Positions 11,686 through 25,200 of a stretch of 64,000 nucleotides of DNA are shown piece by piece. Source of the DNA: Macrostomum lignano (Eukaryota). Where the stretch lies: the NCBI GenBank assembly GCA_002269645.1, contig NIVC01001000.1, positions 248,001 to 312,000 on the forward strand, read 5' to 3'. The translations under genes were made by a program, and so were the position numbers. The notes beneath the pieces were generated by a model, which was not told where the DNA came from, ran no database searches, and saw only the letters and a program-made list of their open reading frames with translations. Numbering within the stretch: position 1 is the stretch's first letter; each line of letters starts with the position of its first letter.

Positions 11686-14606
11686 TGTTTCTGTTCTGTT
11701 TCTGTTCTGTTTCTGTTCTGTTTCTGTTTCTGTTTCTGTTCTGTTTCTGTTTCTGTTTCTGTTTCTGTTTCTGTTCTGTTTCTGTTCTGTTTCTGTTTCT
11801 GTTCTGTTTCTGTTCTGTTTCTGTTCTGTTTCTGTTCTGTTTCTGTTTCTGTTTCTGTTCTGTTTCTGCTCTGTTTCTGTTCTGTTTCTGCTCTGTTTCT
11901 GCTCTGTTTCTGCTCTGTTTCTGCTCTGTTTCTGTTCTGTTCTGTTTCTGCTCTGTTTCTGTTCTGTTTCTGTTCTGTTTCTGCTCTGTTTCTGTTCTGT
12001 TTCTGCTCTGTTTCTTTTCTGTTTCTGTTTCTGTTCTGTTCTGTTTCTGTTCTGTTTCTGTTTCTGTTCTGTTTCTGCTCTGTTTCTGTTCTGTTTCTGC
12101 TCTGTTTCTTTTCTGTTTCTGTTCTGTTTCTGCTCTGTTCTGTTTCTGCTCTGTTTCTGATCTGTTTCTGTTCTGTTTCTGTTCTGTTTCTGCTCTGTTT
12201 CTGTTCTGTTTCTGTTCTGTTTCTGTTCTGTTTCTGTTCTGCTTCTGTTCTGTTTCTGTTCTGTTTCTGCTCTGTTTCTGTTCTGTTTCTGTTCTGTTTC
12301 TGCTCTGTTCTGTTTCTGCTCTGTTTCTGATCTGTTTCTGTTCTGTTTCTGTTCTGTTTCTGCTCTGTTTCTGTTCTGTTTCTGTTCTGTTTCTGTTCTG
12401 TTTCTGTTCTGCTTCTGTTCTGTTTCTGTTCTGTTTCTGCTCTGTTTCTGTTCTGTATCTGTTCTGTTTCTGTTCTGTTTCTGTTACTGTTCTGTTTCTG
12501 TTCTGTTTCTGCTCTGTTTCTGTTCTGTTTCTGTTCTGTTTCTGCTCTGTTTCTGTTCTGTTTCTGTTCTGTTTCTGCTCTGTTTCCGTTCTAGTTTCTG
12601 CTCTGTTTCTGTTCTGTTTCTTTTCTGTTTCTGTTCTGTTTCTGTTCTGTTTCTGTTCTGTTTCTTTTCTGTTTCTGTTCTGTTTCTGTTCTGTTTCTGT
12701 TCTGTTTCTGTTCTGTTTCAGTTCTGTTTCTGTTCTGTTTCTGTTCTGTTTCTGTTCTGTTTCTTTTCTGTTTCTGTTCTGTTTCAGTTCTGTTTCTGTT
12801 CTGTTTCTGTTCTGTTTCTGTTCTGTTTCTGTTCTGTTTCTGCTCTGTTCCTGTTTTGTTTCTGTTTTGTTTCTGTTTCTGTTCTGTTCTGTTTCTGTTC
12901 TGTTCTGTTTCTGCTCTGTTTCTGCTCTGTTTCTGTTCTGTTTCTGTTCTGTTTCTGTTCTGTTTCTGTTCTGTTTCTGTTCTGTTTCTGCTCTGTTTCT
13001 GTTCTGTTTCTGTTCTGTTTCTGCTCTGTTTCTATTCTGTTTCTGTTCTGTTTCTTTTCTGTTTCTGTTCTGTTTCTGCTCTGTTTCTGTTCTGTTTCTG
13101 CTCTGTTTCTGCTCTGTTTCTGCTCTGTTTCTGTTCTGTTTCTGTTCTGTTTCTGTTCTGTTTCTGTTCTGTTTCTGCTCTGTTTCTGTTCTGTTTCTGC
13201 TCTGTTTCTGCTCTGTTTCTGTTCTGTTTCTGCTCTGTTTCTGTTATGTTTCTGTTCTGTTTCTGTTCTGTTTCTTTTCTGTTTCTGTTCTGTTTCTGTT
13301 CTTTTTCTGTTCTGTTTCAGTTCTGTTTCTGTTCTGTTTCTGCTCTGTTTCTTTTCTGTTTCTGTTCTGTTTCTGTTCTGTTTCTGTTCTGTTTCTGCTC
13401 TGTTTCTGTTCTGTTTCTGCTCTGTTTCTGTTATGTTTCTGTTCTGTTTCTGTTCTGTTTCTGTTCTGTTTCTGTTCTGTTTCTGCTCTGTTTCTGTTCT
13501 GTTTCTGCTCTGTTTCTGTTCTGTTTCTGCTCTGTTTCTGTTTCTGTTTCTGTTCTGTTTCTGTTTCTGTTCTGTTTCTGTTCTGTTTCTGCTCTGTTTC
13601 TGTTCTGTTTCTGTTCTGTTTCTGCTCTGTTTCTATTCTGTTTCTGTTCTGTTTCTTTTCTGTTTCTGTTCTGTTTCTGTTCTGTTTCTGTTCTGTTTCT
13701 GTTCTGTTTCTGTTCTGTTTCTGTTCTGTTTCTGCTCTGTTTCTGTTCTGTTTCTGCTCTGTTTCTGTTCTGTTTCTGTTCTGTTTCTGTTCTGTTTCTG
13801 TTCTGTTTCTGCTCTGTTTCTGCTCTGTTTCTGTTCTGTTTCTGCTCTGTTTCTGCTCTGTTTCTGCTCTGTTTCTGTTCTGTTTCTGCTCTGTTTCTGT
13901 TTCTGTTCTGTTTCTGCTCTGTTTCTGTTCTGTTTCTGCTCTGTTTCTGCTCTGTTTCTGTTCTGTTTCTGCTCTGTTTCTGTTATGTTTCTGTTCTGTT
14001 TCTGTTCTGTTTCTGCTCTGTTTCTGTTCTGTTTCTGTTCTTTTTCTGTTCTGTTTCAGTTCTGTTTCTGTTCTGTTTCTGCTCTGTTTCTGTTCTGTTT
14101 CTGTTCTGTTTCTGTTCTGTTTCTGTTCTGTTTCTGTTCTGTTTCTGTTCTGTTTCTGCTCTGTTTCTGTTCTGTTTCTGCTCTGTTTCTGCTCTGTTTC
14201 TGTTCTGTTTCTGCTCTGTTTCTGTTATGTTTCTGTTCTGTTTCTGCTCTGTTTCTGTTCTGTTTCTGCTCTGTTTCTGTTTCTGTTTCTGTTCTGTTTC
14301 TGTTTCTGTTCTGTTTCTGTTCTGTTTCTGCTCTGTTTCTGTTCTGTTTCTGTTCTGTTTCTGCTCTGTTTCTATTCTGTTTCTGTTCTGTTTCTTTTCT
14401 GTTTCTGTTCTGTTTCTGTTCTTTTTCTGTTCTGTTTCAGTTCTGTTTCAGTTCTGTTTCTGCTCTGTTTCTGCTCTGTTTCTGCTCTGTTTCTGTTCTG
14501 TTTCTGTTCTGTTTCTTTTCTGTTTCTGTTCTGTTTCAGTTCTGTTTCTGTTCTGTTTCTGCTCTGTTTCTGCTCTGTTTCTGTTCTGTTTCTGTTCTGT
14601 TTCTGT
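11686..14606. repeat. ~2.9-kb compound microsatellite of TTCTG/TTTCTG/CTCTG units
   Basis: Read directly. It produces the spurious 988-, 617- and 467-aa F/C/S/V/L ORFs. Confidence 0.97.
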
Positions 14607-15283
14607 CCTTTTTGTATTCTGTTTCTCTTCTAACAGCAAAATTACCAGTTACCATTCAGCAAAATCTAGTACAGAAAGACTCAATCAAAACAAACATATC
14701 CACCGTTAGTTTGAGCAGGATGTGCTCAAAATTTATTCATTCAAAGAGTGACCACAATGAGCTGCAGCTGAATTTACAACTATTTATTATCTATACAAAA
14801 ATATTAAAACTTAAAAATATCATACTTTGTACGTAATACTGGGTTAATTTCTTAGACCTGGCTTAGAATCCTAGACTGTACTACTAATAGTAAATAGACG
14901 CTTTAAAATTAAAATTCCGGTTACTGTTCAATTTTAATTTATTATCTTTTCGCGTTTTTTCAAACTGTTGCGCTCTCATCTTACTACTAGCCAGTAGTCC
15001 TTGATAAAAGTTAAAATGACTCCTTTGAATTCGCCAGGCTAGAAAATGACACTCATTAGTAACTCAATTGCAGGGACGCTACACTGCTCTTGGCAAATCA
15101 GTGCAAAAATTACATTTCAATTAAGTTTTCATTGGTTCTGAGGTTTCAGCCTAAAAATCAAGGCTAAACAGGCTAATACTCAGAAGAGCTCTATTGCTAT
15201 TGTATTGATATTGAACCATCTACATGTGGCTAAATGTCTGCAAGCTTATATTCACTAAAAAACTCTGCATTTCGACTATTGCT

Positions 15284-16132
15284 GGGTTTAGGTTATGGTT
15301 TAGGTTATGGTTCAGGTTAGGGTTCAGGTTAGGGTATAGGTTAGGGATTAGGTTAGAGTTCAGGTTAGGGTTCAGGTTAAGGTTTAGGTTAGAGTTCAGG
15401 TTAGGGTTTAGGTTAAGGTTAAGGGGGGCCGTAGCCCAGCGGTAGCGCAGCTGCTCTGGTGTGCCAGCGGCCCAGGCTCTATTCCAAGTGCAGCCACATT
15501 AATTTGGGGCTGAATTGGAATCTTGGCTTGGCTCGCTTGTGCAATTAACGGCCTTGAGAGCCAACCCCCCAAGGCGCCGTGAAGTGTACATGCCTAACGA
15601 TAATATAAAGTTAGGGCCGCTGTACACTCCTGTGTGAGTGTGTGCCTGCGTACGTATCCGCGCGCTTGTATGCCTGCTCAGGGGAGTCGGCGGAATGGGC
15701 AGTAATGCCTCTCGCCGGTTGTGTGCCTATGTCACTTAAAGTGCGCCAGGGTGCACACAACCCCCCTGCCTCTAAAAAAGGGTTTAGGTTAAGGTTTAGG
15801 TTAGAGTTCAGGTTAGGGGTTAAGTTAGGGATTAGGTTTGGGCTTAATTTAGGGTTTAGGTAAGGGTTTAAGTTAGAGTTTAGGTTAGAGTTTAGGTTAG
15901 GGTTCAGGTTAGGGTTTCGGTTAGGTTTGGGTTAGGGTTTAGGTTAGGGTTTCGGTTAGGTTTGGGTTAGGGTTTAGGTTCAGGGTAGGTTTTAGCTTAG
16001 GGTTTATGGTAGGGTTTCGTTTTGACTTTTTCATAGGTAACGGTTAAAACTAGGCTTTGGTTTAGGGTTTCTGGATTCGATTTTGGGGTTGGTTCAGGGT
16101 TTCTGGATTCGATTTTGGGGTTGGTTTAGGGT
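15284..16132 (+). repeat. Degenerate interstitial telomere-like array (TTAGGG/TTTAGG/TTCAGG variants) interrupted by a SINE
   Basis: Runs of GGTTAG/GGTTTAG/GGTTCAG at 15284-15422 and 15779-16132. Confidence 0.8.
15423..15778 (+). mobile_element. SINE family 1, near full-length copy
   Basis: Head GGGGCCGTAGCCCAGCGG...GGCTCTATTCC, the shared body, and a tail ending TTAAAGTGCGCCAGGGTGCAC...AAAAA. Confidence 0.85.
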
Positions 16133-16299
16133 CAGTTGGCGGTAGTCAAACAGCTGTAAACCCACCGTATCAATAGTTTTCTTTAATTAGCAAACTTGAC
16201 TAAAGTATTTTTGTTCGTAAACTGCGGCCCTCCAGTGACACGTGAAAAGTGAAAAGCATTATTCTACTTCAGAATTGCCGATTGACATTTACATTATAT

Positions 16300-19200
16300 T
16301 TAGCACATATGAAAGCAGCGGCTGCTCATTGTGTCCGGACCTGGGCAGGGCAAGCCACCATTCGTTGGTTCCGGATTGTTGCACTGCCGGGTTCTGGAGT
16401 GGACACCGGGGATGTTGCAGTCAACCGTTGGACTGCATTCGCCGTAGGCTCCCCACGGCCCCCAGCCGCCGTCGACGCGGGAGACGCGGAAACTTTGACG
16501 CAGCGGCTTTGAAATTTTGAGCAGGCCGCCAGCTGTGCTGCGAGTTGAGATTGAGACTTCCACGACGCTGTTTTTGGTTTGATTCCTCAGCCAGAACTCG
16601 TAGGTTTCGCCAAGTACGTCCTGCTGATTGTCCGGTACCACGGAAACATCCGTGTCGTCCATCAGATCCGTGCCGGACACTGTCCAGGTGAGAAAGAACG
16701 AAGATGCGGCCAGGCCGAAAGGAGCTCGACGCCATTTAATCAGCAGATCGGTGCTGTCCAGAAAGCCAACAATGGTGAAGTTCATTGGCGGTTGAACCAC
16801 ACCTTGAAGGGATTTATGGTTTGATTGTCTGTATGATTAAGCTCGAATTCAAAGGTGCAGATTAGTTTTAGCAGATAAACATTTAACTAAAAAGCGTCCA
16901 AGTTCTTTGTTTTAGTAGTTTTTTTTCCCGTTACGGATGTGCAATCGACAGCTCATCCGCAGCTGTTGCTGAAGGCTGCGTACGGCTGTTCAGTCCAAGG
17001 ACTGCGAGGTCACAACACACACACCCTCAATTACCCAGCTAATGCTGGAACCCATTTCTTCAGCAGGGTGAACTGAAGCAATGAAGGGTTAAGTTTTGCT
17101 CGAGGGACGACGCAAGTTCCTTTCAGTCGTGAATCCGACGACGCTCTAACCACTAGGCTAAAACCCATCGCCTTCAGTAGACTTCGAACTCAAAGACTAG
17201 ACTTACTGTTATCGCAGGCGTCCAAATTCCAGCATTGTTTCTTAATCGAAGCCAGCCCAGTTTCGCAGGGCGAGCCGCCGAACTCCGGCTTGGGATTGTC
17301 GCATTTTCTGCAGTGCCTTCGATGGCCAGACGAGCAACGATTCGGAGGTTCCGTTGTGCACTGCGGTCCGCCCAGTTCCAGCGGGCAGGGGGCCCAGGGC
17401 CCCCACTCACCGTGGACTGGGCATTCGCCACCGAGGCATTTTTCGAAACCGGCCGACGGCCCACGGCAGTCGGAGCCGCCGCCGCTCGGTGGCGGGTTGT
17501 TGCACAGTCGATTGCGCACTCGATAGCCGTAGCCGCAGGTTACTAAGCAATTCGACCAAGGATTCCAAGGGCTCCAGACGCCGTTCACTTTCGGACAGTC
17601 GGCGATGGTGCACTCGTTGCGCTGCGTCTGCGTGGAGACGGCCGGTTCGATGCAACTGCCGGGCGGTAAGTTCGATTCGCACTGACGGCTGCGTGTTCGA
17701 GTCCGGCTGCCCGAGCCGCAGGTGGCGGAGCAGGCACTCCACTCGGACCAGGCTTGCCAATCTGAAAAGAAAATGTTGCCGTTACTGGCCTGTGCTCTGC
17801 ATCAAGGACGGTTATTGTTGATTTTTATGAGTGCTTGATGGGACACTGTTGAGGCCATTGTTCTGTCATTGTTGTGACAGTGTTGGGACACTGTTGGGGC
17901 ATTGTTCTGTCATTGTTGTGACAGTGTTGGGACACTGTTGAGGGCATTGTTCTGTCATTGTTGTGACAGTGTTGGGACACTGTTGGGGCATTGTTCTGTC
18001 ATTGTTGCGACAGTGTTGGGACACTGTTGAGGGCATTGTTCTGTCATTGTTGTGACAGTGTTGGGACACTGTTGGGGCATTGTTCTGTCATTGTTGTGAC
18101 AGTGTTGGGACACTGTTGAGGGCATTGTTCTGTCATTGTTGTGACAGTGTTGGGACACTGTTGGGGAAAATATTTCTGTTACTGTTCGACGAAGTAACTA
18201 AATATTCGGAAAGTTAGAGTAAAGTAGCTTCATGAAAGCAGTCCATAAATGCAAGCACAGGCGCAATACTTCCCAGAGAGTATTGAAATCCTAATGGCTT
18301 CCATTTTAGTCCAGTAATTTCACAAGCGCCTTTCCATATACCAGGTTTCTAGCTCAAACCATATCTAACGCATGTTCTGCTGCTTTCAAAGATGCAGACG
18401 CTGTGTAAGCAATCATATTTTAGTAACCATGGTGTGACTAAAATGTGCAGTGTGAATAGCACCTAGGAATGAAAAATTTAAGCTACAGTTTTCAATGTTT
18501 GTTCCATTAGCCCCCCTGCATGCAGACTGACGGATGACAATGTAAATTCAGCTTTAAATAGCTATTATTTTTACCGAATTTTTGCTTGCTTCGATTGCAG
18601 ATGCATTAGCCAGAACATAATATTTCAGTTTTTATACTAAAACCCACCAGACCAGTTTACATGTATCTGCGACAGGTGGCTTCATCAGTCGAAAGCTTTG
18701 GCGGTGAGGAAATTGGCAATCAAAAGCAAAAAATGGGAAATTTATTATGTTGCAAAATGCATATTTGCTACGAAGCACGACGTCTTTCCGGCGATACTGA
18801 AGTCAAGCAAGCATAGAACTCCTCATCCATGGTCAAAATTTGCATTTCTGGGTGCTGCTTTTTAACGACTTGAGTTGTTATATTTTCCCAAGAATCTAAT
18901 AAAATTGTTTTAACAGACTTTACGGTCGCTTTGCAATCGAAGATAGTTTATTCTCTAGTTAAGTAGCTACTTGCTTAGTCAGTTCAAGGTCAGTCGAATG
19001 GGGAGAAGCACTCGCACAGGGCATTCGTTCGGAAAGACAGCGTCTCTGGTGCGTCTACCAGACCTGTTTTTCTTGAGTAGCGAAGAATGTAGTTCTCGAT
19101 ATTTCCACCGTCATTTGGTTCACTTGAATCCCACAGGCTGGGATCGAACTCCAGCCCGCAGTCCAGCCACCGCCACCCTCCGCTTGGCTCGGGACTTCCC

Positions 19201-22200
19201 TCTTCCTGGTGGCCGCCGAGCCAGATGTTCAGGCCGCTGAACTGGGAGCTGATGAAGCGCAGCTCCTCAGCGTCCAGCACGTCGGCCATGATGACGAGGC
19301 CGGTCTGGTAGGCGCAGACCTGCCGGCCCCTCTGCCAGCCAGCCGTGCCGTTCACCAGCCGGTAGCGAATTCCGCACCGCTGGGAGTCGAACTCAGGCGG
19401 GCAGAGTTTTCCAGGCGGCAGGCCCGGCCGCTGCTTCACGAAGACCCGACCGGAGGCCGAGCAGCTGGCGCTGCAGTCCCGCACGCCTTTGCTGCACCTG
19501 TCGAACACGAACAGCTGGCAGGGGCCGCGGGCTAAGCTGAAGGCCTGGCAGCGGGGCCTGCTGGGGCAGAGCAGCGAGCACAGGCCCTCCGATGCTGCCG
19601 CGCTGCTGCCCAGGGGCGTCTCCGTGAACTCGCTGCGGATGCACAGGCTGGCGTTCACGGCTGTGAATGACTGCTGCGATGAGCACTGGCTGCTGCCAGC
19701 CGTCACCGAGATGAGTAGGCACTGCAGCTTCAGCAATACTTCTAGGCCGAAGCGTAGCTTCATTGCAAACCTATTTGGCCTACGGTGACGAGACTTGTTA
19801 TTGAGATGTCTAGCTTTTTATCGGGACGCCAAATCGCTCATTATTGGTCCATAAAGTTTGTCCAATTGGATGGGCAATTGCTTGTTGCAGATTACTTTCG
19901 TTAGACAATAAGCATAAAGAATTCCAAATAAAATCAGATGGACATATTTTCGCTGTACATGTCGTAAAAAAGTTGGCACAAACAGTCAGTTGCCCATGGT
20001 TGGTCTTGCACGATTCTGCAACTCACGTGACCCTCGTACTAGAATGACCTCATACATGTAGTTACTTTTTAGGCGTCGTACTGTATTCATTCAAGTCGTA
20101 GTTAGAAACGTTGCATTAGTCGACCTCGAGTCGACATTGAGTTGCGAGAGATACATGAAAGACTTTTTAAACAAAATTTAATCTGGTAAAAAACATATTT
20201 TTGGTTTGGTTATATTTGGGGCTTTAGCACCAAGGGGCTTTAGCACCAAGGGGCTTTAGCACCAAGGGGCTTTAGCACCAAGGGGCTTTAGCACCAAGGG
20301 GCTTTAGCACCAAGGGGCTTTAGCACCAAGGGGCTTTAGCACCAAGGGGCTTTAGCACCAAGGGGCTTTAGCACCAAGGGGCTTTAGCACCAAGGGGCTT
20401 TAGCACCAAGGGGCTTTAGCACCAAGGGGCTTTAGCACCAAGGGGCTTTAGCACCAAGGGGCTTTAGCACCAAGGGGCTTTAGCACCAAGGGGCTTTAGC
20501 ACCAAGGGGCTTTAGCACCAAGGGGCTTTAGCACCAAGGGGCTTTAGCACCAAGGGGCTTTAGCACCAAGGGGCTTTAGCACCAAGGGGCTTTAGCACTG
20601 TTATGTTATGATTATGTTTATGATTTTGTTATGATTATGTTATGTTATGTTATGATAGACTCATAGACTCATTCTCTGTGTGTTTGATTTATGTCTATGG
20701 ACACGACTAATAAACGAGTGTTAAAGAGCACTTATAACTACACAGCTGCTCTATATCCTTACAAGCATCTGGAAACATAAGACTTCTGTGTCGCAACACA
20801 ACATGGTGTCAGAGGTGCACTTGTGAAGAGCTGTGGATTTGAATTGTCAAACGCAGTACTGTGCTCAACTGGATCTGGATTCAAATGGATGGCGGGCTCA
20901 AACCCCCAAAGCCATTCTGCTTTGATGAGCACAAGGCGGAAAACTGGAGTAAATGGATTTCTGCGTTCGAGCTCTATATGACTGCAACCAAGCGTGACGA
21001 ATCACTGGCTAAAGTGCAAATAGCGACACTGCTAACAGCCATCGGAGAAGAAGGTCGTGAGATTTATTCAACTTTCGAGAAATCGGAAGGAGACGAAGAG
21101 CTGTCGAAAGTGACGAAACTGTTCGAAGAATATTGCAAGCCGAGTGCGAACGAAACTTTCGAGCGCTACAAATTTCGGCAACGCAGGCAGAACGAGCATG
21201 AGAGCATTGACTCATTCGTCAGCGGCCTGAAACAACTTATCAAGACATGCTCATTCGAGAAGCCAGCCTACGAATTGACGGTGAACGAATCAATAATCAG
21301 AGATCAGATTGTCCTCGGAATCAGAGACACAGAGTTGCGAGAACGGCTTCTACGTGAGCAGGAGTTGACGCTAAATAAGGCTATATCTATCTGCCGTGCA
21401 AGTGAATCATCTAAGACCCAAGTGCGGATCATGACGGGAAACACCTCCGGAGAGATTTCGAAATACATCCAGAGAGAAGTCAATTCTGTTGTGAAGCCTC
21501 GCTCAACAGGCAGACCAGATCTCAAGTACAAGGAGAGACGACCGAACAAAAGGTTTGGGTCCAATGGAAAGCCGATGGTAGGAAAGTCGGAGGGTTGCTC
21601 ATTCTGTGGTAAGAAACACAAGAAAGGTTCATGCCCTGCATATGGCAAGACGTGCAAATCTTGCGGAAAGCAAAACCACTTCAGCAACGTTTGTCGGAAT
21701 AAGACCGTAAGAGCCTTGGATCGAAATACAAATGAAAGCTCAGAATCTGATCGTCAAGATTCGTGGGTCATGTCAGCATCTCTGCGACCGGGTGGCAACG
21801 ACAGAGACAGTAGAACAACTGTTGGTATCAAAATCGAAGGTCAGTTGGTGAATTGCAAATGCGACACAGGAGCGGACGCAAATGTACTCCCTGAACATCT
21901 GCTTAGGCGGATTGCACCAAACACGTCGATGCAAGCAACGTCTTGCAGACTCTTTTGCTATAAAAGGTCGCGCCTAACAGTCGCAGGGAAGGTACAATTG
22001 AAACTGGAATATGAAGGAGTCAAGCATGAAAATGAATTTATTGTGATTAAAGAGAGGCTCATTCCACTCATCGGATGGAAAACTGCAGAAAAGATAGGCC
22101 TGGTGAAATTCAACTTCGGAGTTTCTGTTCAACCTGAAGGGTTTAAGTCCACGTGGACAGATGAAAGATTTCTTCGAGAATATCCCGATGTCTTTGAAGG

Positions 22201-25200
22201 AACAGGTTGCTTACCTGGGAGTTATCACATCAGCCTGCGCGATGACAAAGAATCTTGGACGGATCGCCCTCGAAGAATCCCGTTTGCAGCAATGCAACCT
22301 TTGAAGGCTGAATTAGATCGCCTGGTTTCGGATGGACTCATCACCAAGTGTGATGAGCCCACGAAGTACGTTTCAAATGTGGTCGTCGTCTGGAAGGCAG
22401 ACAAGACTATACGTCTTTGCCTAGACCCTCAGCATCTGAATGCCAACATAATGAGAGAGCAGTATCAGATACCGTCTTATGACGAAATTATTGCAGAAAT
22501 CGGAAACGCTGCTCTGTTCTCAACTTTTGATGCGACTGCGAGTTTTCACCAGATTGCATTGGATTATGAAAGTTCGTTGATGACGTGCTTTCACACACCT
22601 TTTGGACGATATCGTTGGCTGAGAATGCCCTATGGAATTTGTTCCGCATCGGAAGTCTACCAGAAGCGAGTTCGGGAGGAGATCTCGGAAAAGATCAGAA
22701 ACTGCAACAATTTTATTGACGACTTCATTGTTTGGGGCAAGACTGTTGAAGAACACGATGAAGCTGTGAAGCAGCTTATGGAAATGTGCCGTGCGAAGAA
22801 TTTGCGCCTGAATTATAAAAAGCGGAAAGTCGGATTGAAGGAATTGAAATTCCTCGGCAACATACTTTCGCACACCGGAATTAAAGTCGACCCAGACAAA
22901 GTAAAAGCAATGCGCGATATGCCCCGACCAGATACTCTATCCGGCAATGAGAGAAAGCAGCAACTTATGCGATTTCTAGGATGTGCAAATTTTTTGTCCA
23001 AATTCATTTTGGATCTGTCATCTAAGGCAGCACCGCTACGCACATTGCTGACGAAGAATGCTCAGTGGAACTGGACAAATGAACACGAAAAAGCGTACGA
23101 ATCAATTTTGCAGAGTCTTTGCGACGCACCAGTCTTAGCTCGCTATAACCCGAATGCACCACTTACTCTGTCAGTCGATGCTAGTCAACACGGTCTCGGA
23201 GCAACTATCCTGCAAGATGGACACCCGCTGGAATACGCTTCGTCATCACTGACGCCATCCCAACGGAAGTATGCTCAGATCAAAAAGGAACTTTTGGCTA
23301 TTGTGTTTGGCTGCAAGCGATTCCACCAGTACGTCTGGGGACACAAGGTAACGGTCGAGAGCGACCACAAGCCGCTAGAGAACATCTTCCGGAAGCCAAT
23401 TTCAACTCTTACAGCAAGATTGCAGAGACTGATGCTACTAGTTCAGAAGTACGACCTGCACATTATATACGTTCCCGGTAAAGACTTGCACATTCCAGAC
23501 ACTCTAAGCCGCGCTTTCTTAAAGAACGTACATGCCTCTAAACAACTCGAAGATGACATCGAAGGTCACGTGCTCGGTGTTAGAATGTCGGTTGGATTCC
23601 CAGAACTGATGCAGAAACTGGAAAATGAAACGGCAAAGGACTCAACACTGCAACAACTCGCTGAGATCATCGGTGTTGGTTGGCGTCACCACAGAAGCCA
23701 GCTCGTGACTGAGCTTCGTTGTTTCTGGAACGTCAGACATGATCTGACTGCGCATGGCAATCTGATCTGGATGAAGAACCGAATAGTCGTTCCAAACTCA
23801 ATGAGAATGGAAGTGCTACAGAAGCTGCATACTGGACACCCTGGAATTGTGAAGGCAAGCTTAAAGGCGTCAGAGAGCGTCTACTGGCCTGGAATTAGAT
23901 GTGATATTCAAGAAATGACTTCAGCGTGCATTGCCTGCCAGGAAAGCCAAAGAAAGCCACAGAAGGAACCGATGGTGGCTCAGTGCCTACCGGACTACCC
24001 ATTTCAGGAATGTGGCACGGATATTTTCCATATTGACGGGAAGAATTTCCTGATATATGTTGATAAATACAGTCGGATGATCGAATACGCTAGGATCAAC
24101 AATACTTCAGCTGCCTCTGTGATTCCCCAACTAAAGAAGTATTTCCAGACCTATGGAGTTTGCGAGATTTTAAGATCTGACAATGGACCTCCATTCTCGG
24201 GAAGAGAATTTGGTCGTTTCGCAAAAGAGTACGGCTTCAAGCATGCTACATCATCGCCGAAGTACAGCCAGTCCAACGGATTAGCGGAAAGAGGCGTTCA
24301 AACGATCAAGAATATTTTAAAGAAGGTTCTGAAGAGCAATGAAGGCGAGCACATGGCACTGCTGCATTACAAGAACACTCCTATCGAGCATGGAATGCCA
24401 TCACCCGCTGAGCTAGTCTTTGGACACAAACTGTGCTATGATTTGCCGATCCCAAAAGCAGATCTAATTCCTAGACAGGTCATGTCCAGGAAAGTACTGC
24501 AGAAGCTAAAGGACCAGCAGAACAAGGCCGAAGAATATTAAAACCGTGGATCTAAGGAGAGGAGAGAATTTGGTTGTGGAGAAAAGGTTTGGATGCAAGA
24601 ATCAACACGACGATGGCAGCCAGCAGAAGTGCACATGAGAGTGAATGACCGTTCTTATATAGTTCGCGATGAACAAGGAAAGCTACTACGTCGGAACAAA
24701 TCGTTTTTGACTCAACGGACTGGAGCAGCAGAAGAAATCGCTGTTCCACAAAGAGAAACCCTTGAAGACGCATTCGGAAAGGAAACTACCGCACCACTGA
24801 AAGCTTCTCAAAGTCAACCGGATAAGCACGAAGCAGTGGAGGAAAATATAGGCAGCAAACCATCAGCACAAGCACCTAATGCACAACAATGTCAGTCACC
24901 TAGGACGACAAATGGCTATACAACACGGAGTGGACGTGTGGTGAAGCCAGTCGTGCGATTTCAGGCACATTGACTAATGAAAAGGTGTCAGTGTAGAACA
25001 GAACTTCCGGAAAGAGGATTTATTTTACTTACACATAGGAATCCCTCTGAAGAAGGGAGATGTTATGTTATGATAGACTCATAGACTCATTCTCTGTGTG
25101 TTTGATTTATGTCTATGGACACGACTAATAAACGAGTGTTAAAGAGCACTTATAACTACACAGCGCCCCCTCTGCCAGCACCAAGGGGCGCCAGCACCAA

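Noticed and set aside
11667-14836. 988-, 617- and 467-aa ORFs rich in F/C/S/V/L
   Set aside because: They are translations of a TTCTG-type microsatellite that lacks stop codons, with no domain content.
16803-16831. Alternative acceptor CATACAG at 16829 for the last exon of gene E
   Set aside because: It gives a stop within 15 codons in phase 1. The AAG acceptor at 16803 preserves the FN3 frame.
18230-18460. Possible extra exon of gene E or decayed coding sequence on the minus strand
   Set aside because: It has multiple stops in all frames and no TSP1 motif.
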